Below, in pieces: positions 40,183-54,010 of a stretch of DNA of 64,000 nt (position 1 is the stretch's first letter; every line of letters starts with the position of its first letter). The notes under the pieces were generated by a model. It was given only the letters and a program-made list of their open reading frames with translations. It had not been told where the DNA came from and did no database searches. The stretch comes from a bacterium (GTDB lineage Bacteria > SAR324 > NAC60-12). Location of the stretch: positions 416,001-480,000 of the forward strand of contig CBDBHR010000028.1 in NCBI GenBank assembly GCA_965205865.1, read 5' to 3'. The position numbers and the translations under genes were made by a program.

Positions 40183-40485
40183 AAAATTTTCTGAGGATTT
40201 GGTGTTTTTAGTTGAAAAAACATATCAACTTTTTTCGGAGTTTCCAATGGATATTCGACTCTGCCCATTCATGAAATCAAGAAAAATGTTTTAATATCAA
40301 TTATTTTCCTGCCCTTCTACCCATTCAAGACAAGTTTTATCCGCTTCATGGGGATTGCCCATTGACGACAGGGTCCGACCACTCGTGACATTTCTCTTGT
40401 CAGCTATTTCTTCCGTCGTTAGGGTGATGACGGTATCGAATTTCTCGGTAAATTTTTTCAAAAACTTTATCACGGAGTAGCGAAC

Positions 40486-41166
40486 ATGGCCGTCGTCAAA
40501 TTGAATAACGTACACAAAGGCTATCCTCTGGGAAAGACCCGAGTCATGGCACTACGGGGGGTTTCCCTGGAAGTTGGGGTCGGAGAGTTTCTGGCTATCG
40601 GTGGTCCAAGCGGAAGTGGCAAATCGACGTTATTGAACCTCATCGGCGCCCTCGACCTGCCGGACCGGGGAACGGTTGAAATCGCAGACAGGAATCTGGG
40701 AAATCTGGGAGACGACGAATTGTCGAGACTGCGGGTGCAGCAGCTGGGGTTCATTTTTCAATCATTCAACCTTATTCCCGTACTCACTACTCTGGAGAAC
40801 GTTGAATACCCCCTCCTTCTGGCGCGAACGTCCCATGCCAGAGAACGGGCGTCGGAAGCTTTGTGGCACGTGGGTTTGCAGGATTTTGCCAGACACCGTC
40901 CCAATGAACTTTCCGGAGGACAGCAACAACGCGTCGCTATCGCACGGGCTCTCGTGGGAAAACCTTCTCTTATCCTGGCCGACGAACCAACGGCTAATCT
41001 GGACTCGAAAACCTCGCAGGAAATCATTCATCTGATGTTACGGATCAATGCGGAGGACGGCGTTACTTTTATCTTTGCCACCCACGATTCCCTGATCATG
41101 CGTCATGCCCATCGATTGGTGAGTCTGAAAGACGGGGTAGTGGCGAAAGAAATCAAGAAAAAATAG
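40486..41166 (+). CDS. ABC transporter ATP-binding protein (LolD/MacB-like)
   Basis: [46 protein letters not shown]. Confidence 0.95.
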   Translation: MAVVKLNNVHKGYPLGKTRVMALRGVSLEVGVGEFLAIGGPSGSGKSTLLNLIGALDLPDRGTVEIADRNLGNLGDDELSRLRVQQLGFIFQSFNLIPVLTTLENVEYPLLLARTSHARERASEALWHVGLQDFARHRPNELSGGQQQRVAIARALVGKPSLILADEPTANLDSKTSQEIIHLMLRINAEDGVTFIFATHDSLIMRHAHRLVSLKDGVVAKEIKKK

Positions 41167-41179
41167 AAAAGGAGATAAG

Positions 41180-41854
41180 ATGAAAAAAGTCTTTTTTTTC
41201 TGGAGCAACTTGCTTTTCTTCGTTGCTCTCCCGCATGCCATGGAATTGACGACGTTGACGACTCCGGGGGCTGAGCGAGATCGACTGGAACAAAAATTTC
41301 TGTCCCAGTTGAATTCCGGTCAGACCTCTGTGCAGGCTTCGCGCGCACTGGGCATTATCTACCATATGAAGGCCGTGGAGGGGCCGGACAATATTCAATT
41401 TATTCAAGAGTCTCACTCCCTGCTGAAAAAAGCGTACGCCAAAGACAAAACCCACGCAATCACAAAAGCCTACTTGGGAAGCATCACTACTATGATGGCC
41501 ATTACCGTGGAGGGAGGTTTGCAAAAAATGAAATTTGTTAATCGGGGAACACGTCTCTTGGATAAAGTGGTTAGAGATTACCCTGACAATATCGAAGTGC
41601 GTATATTGAGGGGCAGAAACTCCCTGAATTTGCCGAAAATTTTTAATCGTGCGCGCATTGCTGTACAGGATTTCAACCACATTTTGAAATTAACAAAAAA
41701 TTCTTCTGTAGAATTCAAAGCGCGACTCCATTTCAATCTGGGCCAAGCAAATGAACTGAATGAAGCCTTCGAAAAAGCGGCTGCTCATTGGAAACAAGTC
41801 ATCCGCTTGGCGCCGGATTCTCCTGAAGCACTGCAAGCCCGGAAAAAAATTTGA
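41180..41854 (+). CDS. Secreted TPR-like helical protein
   Basis: Signal peptide, helical repeats, C-terminal TPR-like LGQA...AAAHWKQVIRLAPDS. Confidence 0.8.
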   Translation: MKKVFFFWSNLLFFVALPHAMELTTLTTPGAERDRLEQKFLSQLNSGQTSVQASRALGIIYHMKAVEGPDNIQFIQESHSLLKKAYAKDKTHAITKAYLGSITTMMAITVEGGLQKMKFVNRGTRLLDKVVRDYPDNIEVRILRGRNSLNLPKIFNRARIAVQDFNHILKLTKNSSVEFKARLHFNLGQANELNEAFEKAAAHWKQVIRLAPDSPEALQARKKI

Positions 41855-41877
41855 ATGCAATCTTCAATCGGAGAAGA

Positions 41878-42588
41878 ATGATGGAAACAATTTTATTGAG
41901 TTATGTCATAGGATTTGCCATGGCCTGGATTTTCGGAGCCGCCCCGCAAGATTTTCCGCAAATTCCTATGACTGCCGAAAACAGCGTGGAAATAGTCCAG
42001 TTACAGCAGGAAATTCAAGACGATCCTGAAGATGTGGTAAGCCGGTTGCGCCTGGGACAAATTTATTTTTTCCACAACCATCTGGAAGCGGCGGATCATC
42101 AATTCACGAAAGCCAGAGCCATGGACTCGCAAGGAGGAATCGTCTTGACCTGGTGGGGAACCAACCAGGCAAAACGGGCGGGAGCCGCCCTCCCCTGGTG
42201 CTGGGGGATATGTAAAATCCTTGCCCTTAAGGAGGGGGTGGTCGCTCTCAATGAAGCCGTTGCCCTGGCTCCGGACGATCCCGTTGTACGCCTGGTCCGC
42301 ATCAATACTCTCACTGCCCTAGAAGGGCGATTCAGCGATTTTAATCTGGTATTTGAGGATGAACAATATTTCATTTCCCAATCCCCCGAAAAGCTCGACT
42401 CACTGCCGGAAGAACTGATGGCAGAGGTTTATCTCGCTTTGGCTTCCGCCTATTTCTGGAAATTCAAAGAAGCGGGAAAAAATCCGGATAGCCCTTACCT
42501 ACGGCAGGTCTTGGCTTATTTGGAACAGGCTGAACAAAAGAACAGTGAAATTCGCAAAGAAACCAAAATAATTCGTCAAAGTCTCTAG
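41878..42588 (+). CDS. TPR-like helical protein with N-terminal hydrophobic segment
   Basis: DPEDVVSRLRLGQIYF, LNEAVALAPDDPVVRLVR; in operon. An alternative TTG start lies at 41851. Confidence 0.75.
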   Translation: MMETILLSYVIGFAMAWIFGAAPQDFPQIPMTAENSVEIVQLQQEIQDDPEDVVSRLRLGQIYFFHNHLEAADHQFTKARAMDSQGGIVLTWWGTNQAKRAGAALPWCWGICKILALKEGVVALNEAVALAPDDPVVRLVRINTLTALEGRFSDFNLVFEDEQYFISQSPEKLDSLPEELMAEVYLALASAYFWKFKEAGKNPDSPYLRQVLAYLEQAEQKNSEIRKETKIIRQSL

Positions 42589-42603
42589 AATCCGGAGTGC
42601 CCT

Positions 42604-43833
42604 GTGACTCTTCTATCCAAAATTGCCATGCGCAACATACTCCGTAACAAACGGCGTACGGGATTGACCATGACTGCTATTGTCTGTGGATGCGTCGCCC
42701 TTATTTTATTCGGCGGATTCATTCAAGCCAACTACGAGGGACTGCGGGAAACCACTATCAATTCCCGGCTGGGTCACATTCAAATCTTCAAGGCAGGCTA
42801 TCAGGAACACCACGCTTCGGATCCCGAAAAATTCTTGCTCACCCCTCGAACCGTGCAAAAAATAAAAATCATCCTTAAAGAAATCCGGGGAGTACGAATC
42901 ATCACCACACGTCTGGAGTTTTCCGGACTATTGAGCAATGGCAAGACGTCCATTGCCGTGATCGGCATTGGGGGAGAAGCAGAAAAAGAAGCCGAAATGA
43001 GCGAGGGATTGACGCTTATCGAAGGTGAAACACTTTTTGAAGACGACTTGGATAATGTTCTCATGGGAAAAGGACTGGCCGCCTCCATGCATGCCAGTCC
43101 CGGAGACGTCCTCACCCTGCTCGGCTCCACCGGCGATGGAGCCATTAATGCGGTTGACGTGATTGTTACCGGAATCTTCGAATCCTTTTCCAAGGAGTAC
43201 GATGAACGCGCCATGCGCATGAATCTGCGCCACACCCAGTTTCTCTTGGACAACGAAGGAGTGACGAACGTCGTCGTCCTGCTTGATGAAACCGCACGCA
43301 CCAGTGCCGTTGCCAAACGACTTGTCACCGAGTTTCAACAAAAGGAATTGGAGGTTGAAATCAAAACCTGGAGCGAACTTGCCACTTTTTACCACGCGGT
43401 GGTGAAATTGTATGACGGATTGTTTGGATTTCTCCAGGTAATCGTGATGGTCATTGTCTTTTTGGGAATTGCCAACACCATGATGATGACCGTGATGGAA
43501 CGCACCCCGGAAATCGGAACCATTCGCGCTCTAGGCACCCAAAAGAAAGGCGTAATCCTGCTTTTTCTCCTGGAAGGAATGCTGCTTGGCATTCTCGGGG
43601 GGATCGTGGGAATTTTGCTGGGGATTGTGTTTGCGGAACTCATCACTGCGGGACAATTCATGATGCCTCCGCCTCCTGGTTCCTCCATGGGTTTCCCCAT
43701 CATAATCCGCATCGTTCCATCCGTCCTGGCAATCAGCTTTTTATTGGCAGTTGGCGCTGCGTTGCTATCCAGCATTTATCCCGCACTGAGAGCGGCTCGA
43801 TTGAAAATCGCGGACGCCCTGCGATTTGCGTGA
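42604..43833 (+). CDS. ABC transporter permease (FtsX/LolC-E/MacB family)
   Basis: RNILRNKRRT, large periplasmic loop, VMERTPEIGTIRALG, YPALRAARL. Confidence 0.93.
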   Translation: MTLLSKIAMRNILRNKRRTGLTMTAIVCGCVALILFGGFIQANYEGLRETTINSRLGHIQIFKAGYQEHHASDPEKFLLTPRTVQKIKIILKEIRGVRIITTRLEFSGLLSNGKTSIAVIGIGGEAEKEAEMSEGLTLIEGETLFEDDLDNVLMGKGLAASMHASPGDVLTLLGSTGDGAINAVDVIVTGIFESFSKEYDERAMRMNLRHTQFLLDNEGVTNVVVLLDETARTSAVAKRLVTEFQQKELEVEIKTWSELATFYHAVVKLYDGLFGFLQVIVMVIVFLGIANTMMMTVMERTPEIGTIRALGTQKKGVILLFLLEGMLLGILGGIVGILLGIVFAELITAGQFMMPPPPGSSMGFPIIIRIVPSVLAISFLLAVGAALLSSIYPALRAARLKIADALRFA

Positions 43834-44621
43834 TTATGAGAAAGGCGATCATGAGGACATCAGCAATCAGTAACCATCTTTTTCTCCACTTCGGTTCTCT
43901 GCTCTTTGTATTGTTGTTATGGATTCCGCATTTTGCTTTAGCCGTAGGGCCGGGTAGTCAACAACTGATCCGGGATGCCGATCGTTTCCGTGGATTTCCC
44001 GGGCAAGGTTTCAAATTTAAACTGGAAGTGACCAGCATCATTCCCGGCGAAGCAAAGCGCACCAATCGCATGTCCGTTTTTGTCCGGGAAGCTGCCAGCT
44101 TGGTCAGGTTTGACGCCCCTGCCCGCGACAAAGGAAAAGCCATGCTTTTCAAGGACCGCGCACTCTGGTTTCATATACCCAAAACCAGAAAGTTGATTCG
44201 GATCGCTCCCCTCCAGCGTCTCCTCGGAGATGCGTCCAACGGCGACGTGGCAGGGACGCAGTTTTCTACTGACTATCAGGCTGAAATAATAGGCAGGGGC
44301 TCCATCGACGGAGAGCCCTCTTACGTGTTGGATCTGAAAGCAGTGGATCGCAAAGTGACTTATGCCCGCTTGAGATATTGGGTTTCCCAGAAAGACCACC
44401 GTCCCCTCAAGAGTGAACATTATGCAATCTCCGGAAAACTCTTGAAAGTGGTTCTATATCAGAAATTCATGGAAACCCCTGATGGACCGAAGCTGGCTCG
44501 ACTGTTGATTCTCAATCCGCTCAAAGAAGGGCATCGAACTTTCATGGCCTATAGCGATTGGGAACCCGTCAATCTTTCCCCTGCCATGTTTCAAAAAACA
44601 TATCTGAAACGCTTGAAATGA
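43830..44621 (+). CDS. Outer membrane lipoprotein-sorting (LolA-like) protein
   Basis: Signal peptide, LVRFDAPARDKG, QRLLGDASNGDV, YVLDLKA, SGKLLK, C-terminal FQKTYLKRL. Confidence 0.85.
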   Translation: MIMRKAIMRTSAISNHLFLHFGSLLFVLLLWIPHFALAVGPGSQQLIRDADRFRGFPGQGFKFKLEVTSIIPGEAKRTNRMSVFVREAASLVRFDAPARDKGKAMLFKDRALWFHIPKTRKLIRIAPLQRLLGDASNGDVAGTQFSTDYQAEIIGRGSIDGEPSYVLDLKAVDRKVTYARLRYWVSQKDHRPLKSEHYAISGKLLKVVLYQKFMETPDGPKLARLLILNPLKEGHRTFMAYSDWEPVNLSPAMFQKTYLKRLK

Positions 44622-45994
44622 AGGTTTCGCTTGCCACGAGGTTTTGTTGCTTCACTGTGTGCTGGCTAATCTTTTGTATGCCTGCCCATAGTTTGGAATT
44701 TTGGGACTTTAGTGGAGAATGGCAGGTCGAATTGCAACAAAATACGCAGAGAAAAAATTATTGGTTACGAACACCGGAAATAGCGCTGCCCCCATGGCAT
44801 GCCAGCGCATCAATGGTTGGCGAAGTCCGGGGGGAATGGCATCCTCGCTTGCGTTACAATTTCCGCGGAGAAGCAAATTTTCAGGAAACAGAGAGGCTAT
44901 TCTTCCACCGATTTCGCTTGATCGAAGGAGCCATTCACTATGAACTCAATCCGCTCGTTTTTTTGGACATCGGTAAAGTCTTGGAAGAATGGGGAACAGG
45001 CTATGCGTTCAATCCGGTCAACGTCCTCCTTCCACCCAAAAATACTTCGGATCTACAGGGAAATCGTCCCGGAGTGACACTGTTGAAGTTGGAAATTTTA
45101 GGGGAAAGAACCACATTCAGCATCATTCTGGCAGGCGTTGCCGACGAAAACACCGCGGAGCAAGCTTTCGTGATCCCGGATTCCAAAAACAAAAGACGGG
45201 TTGCCTTCAAGTGGGATCATACTATTGGTGATCTGGATCTTTCCTGGATTCATGCGCAGGGAGGTATTGAAGGGAAAAGTTTGCAGGATTATCTCAGGGG
45301 AAGCCCTCTTGAGCCGCAAACTCTGCCCGCGTTAAGCGGCCTTGCCTGGACCACGGTGCTGGGGGAATCCCTGGAAATCCACGGGGAATATGCGCTGCAA
45401 CGAGGACGTGGTCGTCCCATCGTTCTGATGGCTACGCCGCCACTAACTGAGGAAAGTACCCTGGGGAATCCATCCCGTTTTATTTACCAGTATGATAATG
45501 CCGGCAAAGACCGCCTGTTCTCCCGGTTTTTACTGGGAGCCCAATTCACTTTCAGCAATGGCTTCAACCTCGCCGGTGAATGGCTCTACCATGAACCGGG
45601 TTATACCCGACAAGAATGGAGACGCATTCGTCAGGGGATTCAAACGGCGCGCGAAGCTCGAAGGGGAAACTCTTTAATTTCAACAAAACGCGATCCTTTT
45701 TCGGGATTTTTATCCCAAACGCGATTCCTGCTGAAACACGCGCCTTTTCGACAGAATTACATTTTTCTGCGTTTGTTCAGCGATCGATTTGCCAGTGACT
45801 ACGAATCAGAAAGCGTCGTATTGTTCAATGCCGACGACTCCGGTTTCCTCTTTCATGAAAGATTGAGCCTGTTCCGCGGCGCCCACTGGACCCTTTCTTT
45901 GGAATGGACTACTTTCCAAGGACCCGCCTTCAGCGAATTCGCCCTCAATCCTTACCGGAATCAACTCGACCTATCCATTTCTTACTTGTTTTAG
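44618..45994 (+). CDS. Putative outer-membrane beta-barrel protein
   Basis: Signal peptide, GK...WGTGYAFNPVN motif, alternating beta strands, C-terminal ...LSISYLF. Confidence 0.8.
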   Translation: MKVSLATRFCCFTVCWLIFCMPAHSLEFWDFSGEWQVELQQNTQRKNYWLRTPEIALPPWHASASMVGEVRGEWHPRLRYNFRGEANFQETERLFFHRFRLIEGAIHYELNPLVFLDIGKVLEEWGTGYAFNPVNVLLPPKNTSDLQGNRPGVTLLKLEILGERTTFSIILAGVADENTAEQAFVIPDSKNKRRVAFKWDHTIGDLDLSWIHAQGGIEGKSLQDYLRGSPLEPQTLPALSGLAWTTVLGESLEIHGEYALQRGRGRPIVLMATPPLTEESTLGNPSRFIYQYDNAGKDRLFSRFLLGAQFTFSNGFNLAGEWLYHEPGYTRQEWRRIRQGIQTAREARRGNSLISTKRDPFSGFLSQTRFLLKHAPFRQNYIFLRLFSDRFASDYESESVVLFNADDSGFLFHERLSLFRGAHWTLSLEWTTFQGPAFSEFALNPYRNQLDLSISYLF

Positions 45995-46191
45995 CACCAA
46001 TCCTAAGCGGCCGTTTGGTAAAAATATTGCTTGTCTACTAAATTTCCATTTTTTTCAAAAGGAGATAGCTGAGCTCCATTGTTGCGCAATCCTGCTGATT
46101 CTGACTTGCTTAAGGAATTTTTTAATCTTCCGTATTTGTTCCCCAATAGCTCCTTTTACTTTATCCATATCATAAAGGAGCAGATCTCCCT

Positions 46192-46487
46192 GATTTATTG
46201 ATTTTTTAATTTTTTTTACGAATCCTGCTTTTTTTTCATTTGGGGCTTGAGGCTGCGTAGTAGTGCTAAAATCATGCCTTGTTGTTTTAAAGAAGGAGAG
46301 GATTCCCACCCGATCGATTCAAAATAGGCGCGGGAGGGTTCCCGCCCGTTCAATTGAACAATATCGTGGGAGGGTTCCCGCCCGTTCAATTGAACAATAT
46401 CGTGGGAGGGTTCCCGCCCGTTCAATTGAACAATATCGTGGGAGGACTTGAAAGCGATGGATCCTCCCCGGGAATCTTTTTTCAGAG
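46192..46487 (+). repeat. ~230-bp dispersed unit, copy 3, expanded by tandem 36-mers
   Basis: Reverse complement aligns with 8233-8443 and 8467-8653. Confidence 0.88.
46296..46445. repeat. Tandem array of the 36-bp repeat (1 divergent and 3 identical units)
   Basis: GGGAGGGTTCCCGCCCGTTCAATTGAACAATATCGT at 46332, 46368 and 46404; divergent unit at 46296; terminal GGGAGG; no spacers. Confidence 0.95.
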
Positions 46488-46502
46488 TGTGTCCCACTTA
46501 AT

Positions 46503-47876
46503 CTACGTGGGATGAGCCCTTGGAGGGGGCAATTGATGTACAGTCCAGCCGAGATACTTCACGGCCTGATAGATCCGCAGACAATTGTCCCGACCCTTCT
46601 CGGAGCGAAAGCCGTCGTGTTCGATTTCCAGTCGTCGCAGAACTCGTATGCCGCTTTCGGCCAGAGAATTGCGCCGGACCCCGTCCTTTCGCAAGTACTC
46701 GGTCATCCATTCGAAATGGGACTCCAAGAACCGGAGGACTTTCTCAAAGGGCTTCGAATGGCGTTGATCCCGCGGCATCTGTTTCAAGGTGTCCAGCGCC
46801 GCGCGGGCTTGCTCTTCGTCCTGACTGTCTTCGAAGATGTTCCGGACACCACCCAAGAAGGCGCGCAAGCGACCGATCTGCTCATCGACCTCGACGATCT
46901 CGATCAAGCGCTGCTTTTCTTCGGGGCTCATTCGCTTTTCGGCTTTGAACAGCAGGTAGCGGTTCTCCCACAGGCTCTGGGCCAAGGTCTCGAGTTTCTT
47001 CTTGTACCATGACGTGGTCACTTTCTCGCTCCGGTTTTTGATCCGCCGCCGCCGCGCCACATCCCACTTTCCCAGATGTCGCCAGACGTTCCGCAGAATG
47101 TGAAAGTAGTCATACTGGATCGCCACCTGAGATCCGAAGACTGTGCGAATGGCGTTGTAGTAGGCTTTGCAACCATCGATGTAGAAGGTCTTCAGGTTCA
47201 GACCCAAGTCCTTCATCTGTTGCAAGAACCGGATCACGGTCTGCTCGTTGCGCTTATCAACCTCTTGGGTGGCCAGCAGGCGGCCATGCTCATCTTTGAG
47301 GACCAGGACACGGCGCGAGGTACCCCGGGGAAAGATTTCATCGAAATGAGCCTCGGTGATCGGCTGGTCCTGATCGAGAACTTAGATCATCTCCTGGCGA
47401 GAGGGCAACTGGCAGGCCATCTCTTCGACCCAGCGATGCAGTGCCGATTTCGAGGTCTCGATATGGAAAAGCTGGTGCAACAGCCAAGCTGTCCGCCGAT
47501 ACCCCACGCCGGCAATGACGACCAACAAGGCCGCGGCGCGCATCACCACCTCCGAGAGCCCGCGATGGGCATCCGGACCCCGAGCGCTCGTCGTGAAATG
47601 CACCCGCTGGCTCTTCTGGAGGTAGTAGCCATCACGGGTGATCACGCGGTAACGAATCGGCCAAGTCAATCCACTCAACTCTTGGACCTCGAACCTATGC
47701 TCGGCCCCCCAATGGAGCCGCGTCTTGCTGCCCAGCCCCAAGCGCTGATGGACATTTTGACCACGGGTATCGATTGTGATCACCAGAACCCCGTTTTCAT
47801 AAGCCCCACTGAGGGCACAGTCGGCATTGGATTCAATGAATTCGGTGCGAATCGGGACGGTGACAAATAGTGCCAT
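46503..47876 (-). mobile_element. DDE transposase (ISL3/Mutator-like), interrupted by one in-frame stop
   Basis: ORFs 47382-47876 and 46503-47237 share a frame joined through TAA at 47382-47384. Motifs HFDE, YIDG..AY..AI, QYDYFH, NSLAESGIR...DGFRS; GC-rich. Confidence 0.8.
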
Positions 47877-47961
47877 CTCTGCCTCTTTTTTCGGGTGGCG
47901 GTTGCAGTCACCCTAATAGGAGATAAGCAGGAAAGTCAGTTTGTCAAGTCCTTTCAATCAG

Positions 47962-48183
47962 TTAGGCCTGATTCAAGATAGATTCAGTGGAACACACCCT
48001 TTTTAACCAGGTACTTAAGGTTTTCTCTGTGATATGGTACAAACGGTATATTTCACTGTGAGATAAACATCGACTCTTCAGGTAAAGCGTTTCCATCCTT
48101 CTTTGAATCTGAGGATGAGGATAATGATAGCGTTCATAATCCAGCTTACGAATGATTTCTTCAGTAAACGATACTTTAATCAT
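47962..48183 (-). pseudogene. IS630-family transposase N-terminal fragment
   Basis: YERYHYPHPQIQRRMETLYLKS...TLSTWLK HTH region, truncated after about 60 aa. Confidence 0.7.
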
Positions 48184-48551
48184 GAGAGGCTCCTTCGAAT
48201 TTGAGATTTTAAAAAGTATCTCATGAATATGATAAAATTAATCGTCTAAAGTATATCATTGACATCAGCCATGAAAGAAACTCATGGCGCCAATTGTGGC
48301 CAATCCTCAAACGCGGTGATGTGATCCTGGCAGACTGAGGGTTTTGCGGCTATGCCGATTATTGGTGTTTATTGCAGCAAGGAATTGACTCAGTGATGCG
48401 CCTCTATCAACGCCGCAAAGCCAGAGACAAATCTCAATTTGAAGGCGCAAAAGGACTTGATATACTTCTGCTCATGGGCGGTGGGGTCTTGCGGATTCAT
48501 TTGAAAATTTGATTCTTTTCCAGCAACGCTCCACATAGGTAAAAAAAAAGT

Positions 48552-48579
48552 TTGACAAAAGGTTTTTTTTCTATATAAT
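48552..48579 (+). promoter_or_regulatory. Sigma-70 promoter of the rRNA operon
   Basis: TTGACA-N16-TATAAT with an A-tract upstream, ~155 bp before the 16S gene. Confidence 0.85.
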
Positions 48580-48733
48580 GTCTCTTTTGCGTTAAAACGC
48601 AATCAAATCATGTTGATCTTAGACAAGGGAATCGGAAGAAAATTACAAGAACGGGCCAATGGTTCTTCAGATGCAATTTGTGGAACCATTCAATATTATG
48701 CTGAATTATATCAGCAAGTCATATCAAACTTTA

Positions 48734-50259
<1,526 letters not shown>

Positions 50260-50500
50260 AATTTCTTGAATTTATTCCAAGAGATAAGGTCGATGCCCTT
50301 CTTGTTTTTTTCGTCTGACCCCTTGTCGTAAGATTATTTACCTTTTGGTATGTTGGTGGAAAAATAGAAGCAATTCTGTTTTTGTGTCTCCAGTCTAAAG
50401 GTTTTTAGTTGTTCTTAGAAAATGGAATCAGAAAATTGTTTAAACTTTCACCCGGGTAGAGGTGAAGGTTTTATCTTCAAGAGAAATTTGGTTTCAAGAG

Positions 50501-53440
<2,940 letters not shown>

Positions 53441-53500
53441 TGAAAAACCAAATATTCTTTGATAAAACCTTCACCACTTTCAGGGTGGGCAACTAATTGC

Positions 53501-53621
53501 TTTCCGGTGCTTATGGCAAGGGGGATATACCTGTACCCTTCCCGAACACAGAAGTCAAGTCCCTTTGCGCCTATGGTACTGCCAGGGAAACCGCGGTGGG
53601 AGAGTCGGACGGTGCCGGAAA
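53501..53621 (+). rRNA. rrf: 5S rRNA
   Basis: TTTCCGGTG...CCGAAC...GAAGTCAAG...GGGAGAGT...GCCGGAAA following the 23S gene. Confidence 0.95.
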
Positions 53622-53662
53622 TCTTTAATATAGAAGAATCGATAATAACAATCCTCGCGGTT

Positions 53663-53749
53663 GCCGAGGTGGTGAAATTGGTAGACGCGCTGGATTCAAA
53701 ATCCAGTGGGGGCAACCCCGTGCCGGTTCGATTCCGGCTCTCGGCACCA
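53663..53749 (+). tRNA. tRNA-Leu (CAA)
   Basis: GCCGAGG acceptor stem, CTGGA-TTCAAAA-TCCAG anticodon arm, long variable arm, GGTTCGATTCC, CCA end. Confidence 0.97.
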
Positions 53750-54010
53750 CTCGGATCAACCCTCTTTTGTTTCCATAAACCTTGTCTAGTTTTTGCTGAA
53801 AATCGGTTTTTTTAATTTCCAACTTTTTTCTGTTGATTCAATTACTTTTTTTCACACCAGGCACTTGAATCAATTGCCTTGAGTTTTCTGGGTCGCGAAA
53901 TTGCATGTTGAAACATCTTAATTATTTTACTTGAAAGTTCACTCGTTTTATAGGATACTTACAGGTTTTATGGAAATACACTTACTTTCATTTGAGTCCA
54001 ATTTTGCGAT

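Noticed and set aside
46296-46445. CRISPR array (36-bp repeats)
   Set aside because: The units are directly adjacent with no spacers, there are no cas genes in the window, and the unit occurs singly elsewhere.
46055-46497. Short ORFs with SHDIVQLNGREP or RVPARSIEQYRG repeats
   Set aside because: They arise from the 36-bp array and the frames are not conserved in the other unit copies.
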